Positions 57,866 to 64,000 of a stretch of DNA of 64,000 nt are shown one piece after another; positions within the stretch are counted from its first letter, which is position 1, and each line of letters begins with the position of its first letter. The stretch spans positions 809 through 64,808 of the forward strand of contig JAUCBJ010001770.1 of the NCBI GenBank assembly GCA_032718475.1. The letters run 5' to 3'. A program made the translations under genes and the position numbers. The notes beneath the pieces are model-generated. The model saw nothing but the letters and a program-made list of their open reading frames with translations. It ran no database searches and was not told the origin of the DNA. This DNA comes from Nemertoderma westbladi (Eukaryota > Animalia > Xenacoelomorpha).

Positions 57866-58964
57866 ACAAGTCCCTAAAAGGTGCCACCCTGCTCCATAGC
57901 GCGGGAAATTCAAATGATTGAAAGACATGTAATTTGTGCTGGAAAGGGTGGCAGATCAGATCTGCCACCTATTTATTGGCGGTAAATTCAAATCTGTTTT
58001 AACGTTGAATACATGAATAGAGTAAGACTAAATGTAATTCATTGAATCAGAATAAATTATTTCTTAGCGGTTTAACTCACTCATCCGTTATTGTTGTTGT
58101 TTTATCTATTCTGGGACTTCGAGCAGCACGTGAACAACTAAGGTGACTGGTTAACTAGTCTGGGACTTCGAGCAAAATTGCAAATTGAGGAGGGGGGTCG
58201 GTGGATTTGGCTTAACTTCTATCAGTAAAATGTAAAGAACATTTATTATTTGCTTGTATTAGTTATAATTACATCAGAACATTATAATTATAACAATATA
58301 GCAGGGAACTGATATATATCGCAGGTAGGCCTACTGTAATAACAATAGGTGTATAATGCTTCTGCCTAATACTGCTATATCTGTCCCAGACATGCTGACA
58401 TGTACCAGACTAGTTAACCAGTCATAGATTAGTTGTTTACGTGCTGCTCGAAGTCCCAGACTTGTTAACCAGACAGCATAGTTGTACACGTGCTGCTCGA
58501 AATCCCAGACTAGTTAACCAGTCAGCTTAGTTTTTCACGTGCTGCTCGAAGTCCCAGACTAGTTAACGTGCAGGTTTAGTTGTTCACGTGCTGCTCGGAG
58601 TCCCAGACTAGGTAACCAGCCAGTTTAGTTGTTCACGTGCTGCTCGAAGCCCCAGACAAGTTAACGTGCTGGTTTAGTTGTTCACGTGCTGCTCGAAGTC
58701 CCAGAATAGATAAATCAACAACGTTAACGGATGAGTGAGTTAAACCGATAATAAATAATTGAATTCAATGAATGAATTCAATGAATTACATTGGCAGATT
58801 GGTCTTACTCTATTCATGTATTCAATGTTAAAACAGATTTGAATTTACCGCCAATAAATAGGTGGCAGATCTGATCTGCCACCCTTTCCAGTACAAATAA
58901 CATGTCTTTCAATCATTTGAATTTCCCGCGCTATGGAGCAGGGTGGCACCTTTTAGGGACTTGT
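57866..58964. mobile_element. Mutator/foldback-like non-autonomous DNA transposon (1099 bp) with very long TIRs
   Basis: TIRs of roughly 270 bp starting ACAAGTCCCTAAAAGGTGCCACC. Perfect 9-bp TSD GTGTCATTG. Internal ~40-bp tandem repeats containing CACGTG. Confidence 0.92.
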
Positions 58965-60050
58965 GTGTCATTGTATTGAAGCAACATATCATTGAGATTA
59001 TCAGAGGGAGATTGACATAAAGGTGATGATTCTAGATCGTATGTAAGGTGATCCCAGTTCATTTTTTTAATGTTTCTATATGTAAATGATTCAAGGGGCA
59101 TTTCTGGTTTAAGCAGATCAATGTCGAAATGTACAGCAAAATGGTCGGATAATCCAATATCTTCAATGTGGATGTTTTTGATAATTTTCTCATCATCTGA
59201 ATGAACCAGAATAAGGTCAAGCGTGTACCCATGTCTGTGTGTTGGCTCCGTTACTAACTGCACCAACCCAAAACATTTGATTATGTTGCCGAACTCATTA
59301 GCATCATTGCAGCATTGTCGTTCTTGTCATCCACATGAAAGTTAAAATCCCCCAATAAAGTAATCTTCCCAGCCATGATGATTATATGCTGCATGAAATC
59401 TGCAAATTGGTCAAAGAATTGCTGTACAGTTAATCCATTTGTAGCCGAGGGGCACGTCCGATATACTATAATAATCCTCATCAATACCCCAATATACATC
59501 ATTGTAAATTCAATATATTCAAAGGTCGAGTAAACTACACAATTGGCGCTTTTCTTTAGTTTTAGAGTCTCGTTGTATATACAAGCCACACCTCCTCCCC
59601 TACATCCGGTGCGGGCTTGACTCTGCACTGTGCCACCAGTGGGGCATATTTCATTAACTATTATGTCATCATCCACATCACCCCTTAACCACGTTTCGGT
59701 AATAGCAGTTATGTCAAACTTCTCATCTACTATGTAGTCCTTTATTACCGGAGCTTTGTTAACAATGGATCTAGCATTGTATAAGCAACAATGTATCAGC
59801 TGAGATCGGGAACCAACCGGTATTGGACCCGCTGGAGTAACGGTTGCCGGATTCGGACCCGCTGGAGTAACAGTTACCGGATTACGACCCGCTGGAGTAA
59901 CAGTTACCGGATTCCGACCCGCTGGAGTAACAGTTACCGGTATCGGACCCGCTGGAGTAACAGTTACCGGATTCGGACCCGCTGGAGTAACAGTTACCGG
60001 ATTCGGACCCGGTGGAGTAACTGTTACCGGAAATAGACATATTCTATTTA
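58965..60050 (-). mobile_element. L2/CR1-like LINE ORF2 relic, endonuclease domain, preceded by a 30-bp repeat
   Basis: YNARSIVNK, AITETWL, GGGVA, LLGDFNFHVD, PTHRHGYTLDLIL, SDHFAV. (VTVTPAGPNP) x~7 at 59810-60030. Confidence 0.87.
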
Positions 60051-61329
60051 TGAATACAGTAAGTACACGTTCGTGGGGACTTCGCGCAGCACGAGGCCTA
60101 GTTATTATATACAAATTAAAATGCAGCGACTGTATCACAAAATCAGGTTTTGAGAAATTTACCCACACCACCAATCAATCAAAGAAAGGTGGACAGTACG
60201 TGTTCACCCCTTTTAATCTCCCCCCCCCCCCCCACCCTTCCCAACCACCAATACATAACCGCGACATCTACCACCCACGGAAGGGTAGCACGAACTTATT
60301 TCCAATCGCACGTTAAATATGCAAAGCCAGGTGGTTTATAGGAATATAATAAACGCAGTACTCGTATTCATTATAAGCCTCTTTGCGTTCGTCCTGTTTT
60401 GTATTTAAATATATTTCTTAAACGCAAGCTAGGACGATCTTTATAATAATAATAACTAGGGATGCGATCAATATGTGAAGCCAGGTGGTTTATATAATAA
60501 TTTAGTCAACGCAGTACTCGTCTTCATTATATGCCTCGTTGCGCTCGTCGCTTGTCCTGTTTTGTCATAAAATATTTTTCCTAAACGCAGACTGACGATC
60601 TTTATACAGTTATAACTATGCGAAGTTTCGAAACTGTGCGAGTAACTGTTGATACATCTATGTGGAGATGTGTGATATGTGGAGATGTGTGATACAACGC
60701 CAACGCATCTTATGCCGATGTAGTAATATGGGTATTGAAATAATATTAAATCAATGTACACTCTTAAAGCTGCAGCGAAAAAATGTAGCTAATTTCCTAG
60801 GTTACATATAAAATAATAATATTATTTTTAAGAACATTAATTTTACTACTTTGCAAAAATTCAATTAAAAAATAACCAGACATATACATTGTGGAATAAA
60901 CTATTTCAGAAGCCTACAACTTATGTTATTATATCTGTCATTTAACTGAGATAGCAATAGTAGTAATAGTCGAACGGTTATGCGGCCCGTCCAGCCTATA
61001 ATAAACACAATTCAGTGATTGGGCTGGAATAGCAATACTGGTTGCCTCTATTACAATTCCTCTCAGGTTAGTCTACAGCCACAACTCCCAGCAGCTAGCT
61101 CCACACCAGCAGAGACTTGACCAATAATGGGAAGGATTAAATTTGTACTCAATAATTGTGCGGTTTAATTACGTTTAGATCAATTAAAGACACATTTATT
61201 AAAGCAAATCACTTAAACTAATTAAAAACTATAATAGAATGGCGTATGGGGATTATATCTGTATAATTTTTAAGTATAATTATTTAAATCTTATACTGTA
61301 AAACAATTAATTTCCTTTAAAAGGCAGGT

Positions 61330-61605
61330 TGAAAATGGCGTTTTCACCGCAATCAACTTAATTAACTAATTAACTGCTATTATCTTAGCTTCTCGAAGGC
61401 CACACGGAAATTCTACTTGGAAAATTTCTAAACTTTTGCCAAACAACATGTGTACCAAGTTTGGATAGATTTCATCAAAGATTGGCCGAGTTATTAACGT
61501 TTAAAATTGAACACGACAGAACGACAGAACGACAGAAAGACAGAACGACAGGTTGATTAATGGTACCACTACGCTAAGGCTCACTCACTTCGTGGCTCGC
61601 CCCAC
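61330..61605 (+). mobile_element. Putative Helentron/DINE-1-like non-autonomous element
   Basis: TGTGTACCAAGTTTGG, then a (GACAGAAC)n microsatellite, then terminal CTTCGTGGCTCGCCCCACA. This end motif recurs at about 24746, 25305 and 28176. Confidence 0.45.
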
Positions 61606-62069
61606 AGTAGTCAGTGTCAGTAGTACTGTACCAGTATAATAAAATAATAAATAAATATTATAGTTTGGAAAAAGTTTTTTAGATCGATAAAAGTAATGAT
61701 TCAATTATTAATTATATGTTCAGATATTATAAGATATTATAAATATATTTCGGGCACAAATAATGTCCATTATCAATATAATAAGTACTGGAATAGGTAC
61801 AACTATCAGGGTATGGATGTAGGTCTAGTCTACGGTATGATACCGGTACAGTAAATATGACCACTAAGCACTAACTATAGAACTACTGAATGTAAAAAAT
61901 TGCACACCGGCAGACAGGTACAAACACAGCGCAAAATTGATATTTCGGAATTCTGTAAGACTACAGTAACAACAGACAGATACAATTATTCTGCACAACT
62001 ACAGTACAAAAATCTGCACAACTACAGTACAAAAATACGATCTAGTAAGTTTGCACAACAATTACTTAT

Positions 62070-64000
62070 TTACAACCCTTTAGCTACCCTATCTACCCAT
62101 TGATTTACCGCTGCTACACTAAGCTGGTCCACTTCGACCGAAGTTCTCTTATTTATCGCTCTCACACCCAGGGACGCTATACATAAGCTTTCTAGTATTT
62201 TACGTCTACGTAAGTCATTTTCTCTTGCTACTGCTTTTATTAAATGGAATTGTGGAATATGACCAGCCTCTACACAGTGGGCTGCCAAATCAGTCGCTTT
62301 CACCCTTTCATGCCTAACGTCACTGTCATGTTTTATTAGCCGTACCTCGGCCGAGTACTTGGATTCACCTACATATATCCTGTCACACTCACATGGTAGC
62401 ATATAGACTACTCCCCGAGCTTCAGATTTAGGCTTATGGCCTTTGCATAGGTAACTTGATAATTTACGTCCTGTTCTGGAATAGGTCCCCACCCCATACC
62501 TCCTACATACACGTTCCAACTTTTCAGTTAAACCCGTTACATATGTCCAACCTATGTTAACCTCTGGTCTGTCTCGTGTCTGTTTGTCTTTATCCCGATT
62601 GTCGTATTTTTTATTAACCCTGCGTTTACTGTTATATATAACCCTTGATGGATAACCATTAGTTTTTAAGGTATTTACAAGTTCCGATTGAGTCTCGTCT
62701 CGAGCAGTTTTATCCGAACACAACCTGTTAGTTCTGTAAAATAGGCCTGAACATACACTGTCCTTTATACGGGGATGATGGTTGGATGTAAAATTAAGAT
62801 ATCTATGGGAATGGGTCGGTTTATGGTAAACCGTAGTCTTGAATTTCCCGTCTAATAAGGTTACATGTGTGTCCAAAAAGGGCAGCTCACCATTCTTATT
62901 CTGTACTTCCATAGTAAACTGTATATTAGAATGTAATCTGTTGAGTTTATCTAATAATTCGTATGCCCTGTTTCTGTGGACAATTGTCCATGTATCATCT
63001 ACGTAACGAAACCATGTGATGGGGAGAATGCCCAGTTCCCGTGCCTTACTCTCTAAGCTATACATGTAGAGGCAACTAAGTATTGGTGAAATAGGGTTGC
63101 CCATTGGTAACCCTTTGATCTGTATGAAACATTCATTCTCAAAAGAAAAGGCCTGTTGTCCCAACACAAGACGTAATAATGTCTCGAAGGTGCTTACTGT
63201 GATCCCAGTTCTCTTAGTAAACCCTTCATCTGCTTTCACCCAGTCTATAGCTACTTGTTCAGCCTCCTGTGTCGGGATATTTCCAAACATATTTACCACA
63301 TCAAATGAGACCTGTATATCTCCAGACTCGGTACTCACATTATTTAGCTTATCTACAAAATCGGAAGAATTTCTTACATAGGAGTCACCTAGTGGTAGGT
63401 AAACTGATAAGGCTGTCGCTACAAACGTTGCTATCTTGGCTACCGGGGCCTGTCTAAAAGCTACAATATTACGTAATGGTAGATCTGGTTTATGTACTTT
63501 AGGGTTGCCGTATGTATATGGCAACTCTGAGTTATGTGCTGATAACTTAGTTCTCAACGCCATGGTGATATCCTTGTTTTCATAAAGTCGTTTCAACGTG
63601 TTATTTATTTGGCGTTCATAATGGTTTAATGGATTTTTAGGTAATGGAAGGAATTGATCAGTATCGCTCAAAATGTCTGTCATTTTCTTATTATAATCTG
63701 TTTTATTCATTACAACAGTTTTGTTCCCTTTGTCCGCTGGTCTTATTATGATACTATCGTCATTACCAAGCTCATTCATGGCTTCAAACTCACTCTGCGT
63801 TAGATTTGGTGTATCACGCATGCGGTGGTTCTCCAATACAGATAACGAATCATGTCTAAAGGATGCTCCTACAGTACCGCCTAGTTGCTTAGCAACCGAC
63901 TCTATAGATACAACAAATTCCTTAGTAGGTATCACTGCAGGTGTAGGTTCGAAATTCAAACCTAGGGATAATACTGTATTGTGATTATTATTAAGTACTC
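62070..64000 (-). mobile_element. Penelope-like retroelement, RT + GIY-YIG endonuclease, frame open past the window edge
   Basis: IRPADKGN, YGNPKVHK..LRNIV, SFDVVNMF, GLPMGNPISP, RYVDD, LPFLD, GVVYMLPCECDRIYVGES. No stops for more than 629 codons. Confidence 0.95.

Overview
AT-rich, repeat-laden genomic DNA of an invertebrate animal: spliceosomal introns, a PRD-class homeobox gene, LINE/SINE/Penelope/DNA transposons. The organism cannot be named from this window. Key result: the homeobox gene Orthopedia (otp, + strand) assembles from four phase-compatible GT-AG coding exons (8263-8496, 14293-14488, 14772-15078, 48649-48856; 314 aa). Its OAR-domain exon lies 33.6 kb downstream of the previous one. 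Nested antisense in that last intron are two tandem paralogous 2-exon genes (22433-18025 and 47605-40732) for ~1360-1370-aa predicted secreted proteins. Their architecture is unusual: signal peptide, about four hemopexin-like propellers, one EGF, and a Caspr/neurexin-IV-type fibrinogen-like module, with no protease or TM domain. They show patchy near-identity suggesting gene conversion. The same intron holds a ~5.3-kb (GTAA)n/(GTGA)n array that reads as tandem 5' splice-site hexamers on the otp sense strand. Flanking genes are an intronless EamA/SLC35G-like transporter (4319-5293, +) and an intronless Mps1/TTK kinase (53834-51405, -). Other content: two hAT MITEs, a piggyBac-like MITE, a Mutator/foldback-like element splitting an L2/CR1 LINE, RTE and other LINE relics, a Harbinger relic, tRNA-derived SINEs, an open Penelope ORF and many minisatellites. 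All calls are by eye; no database searches were run.
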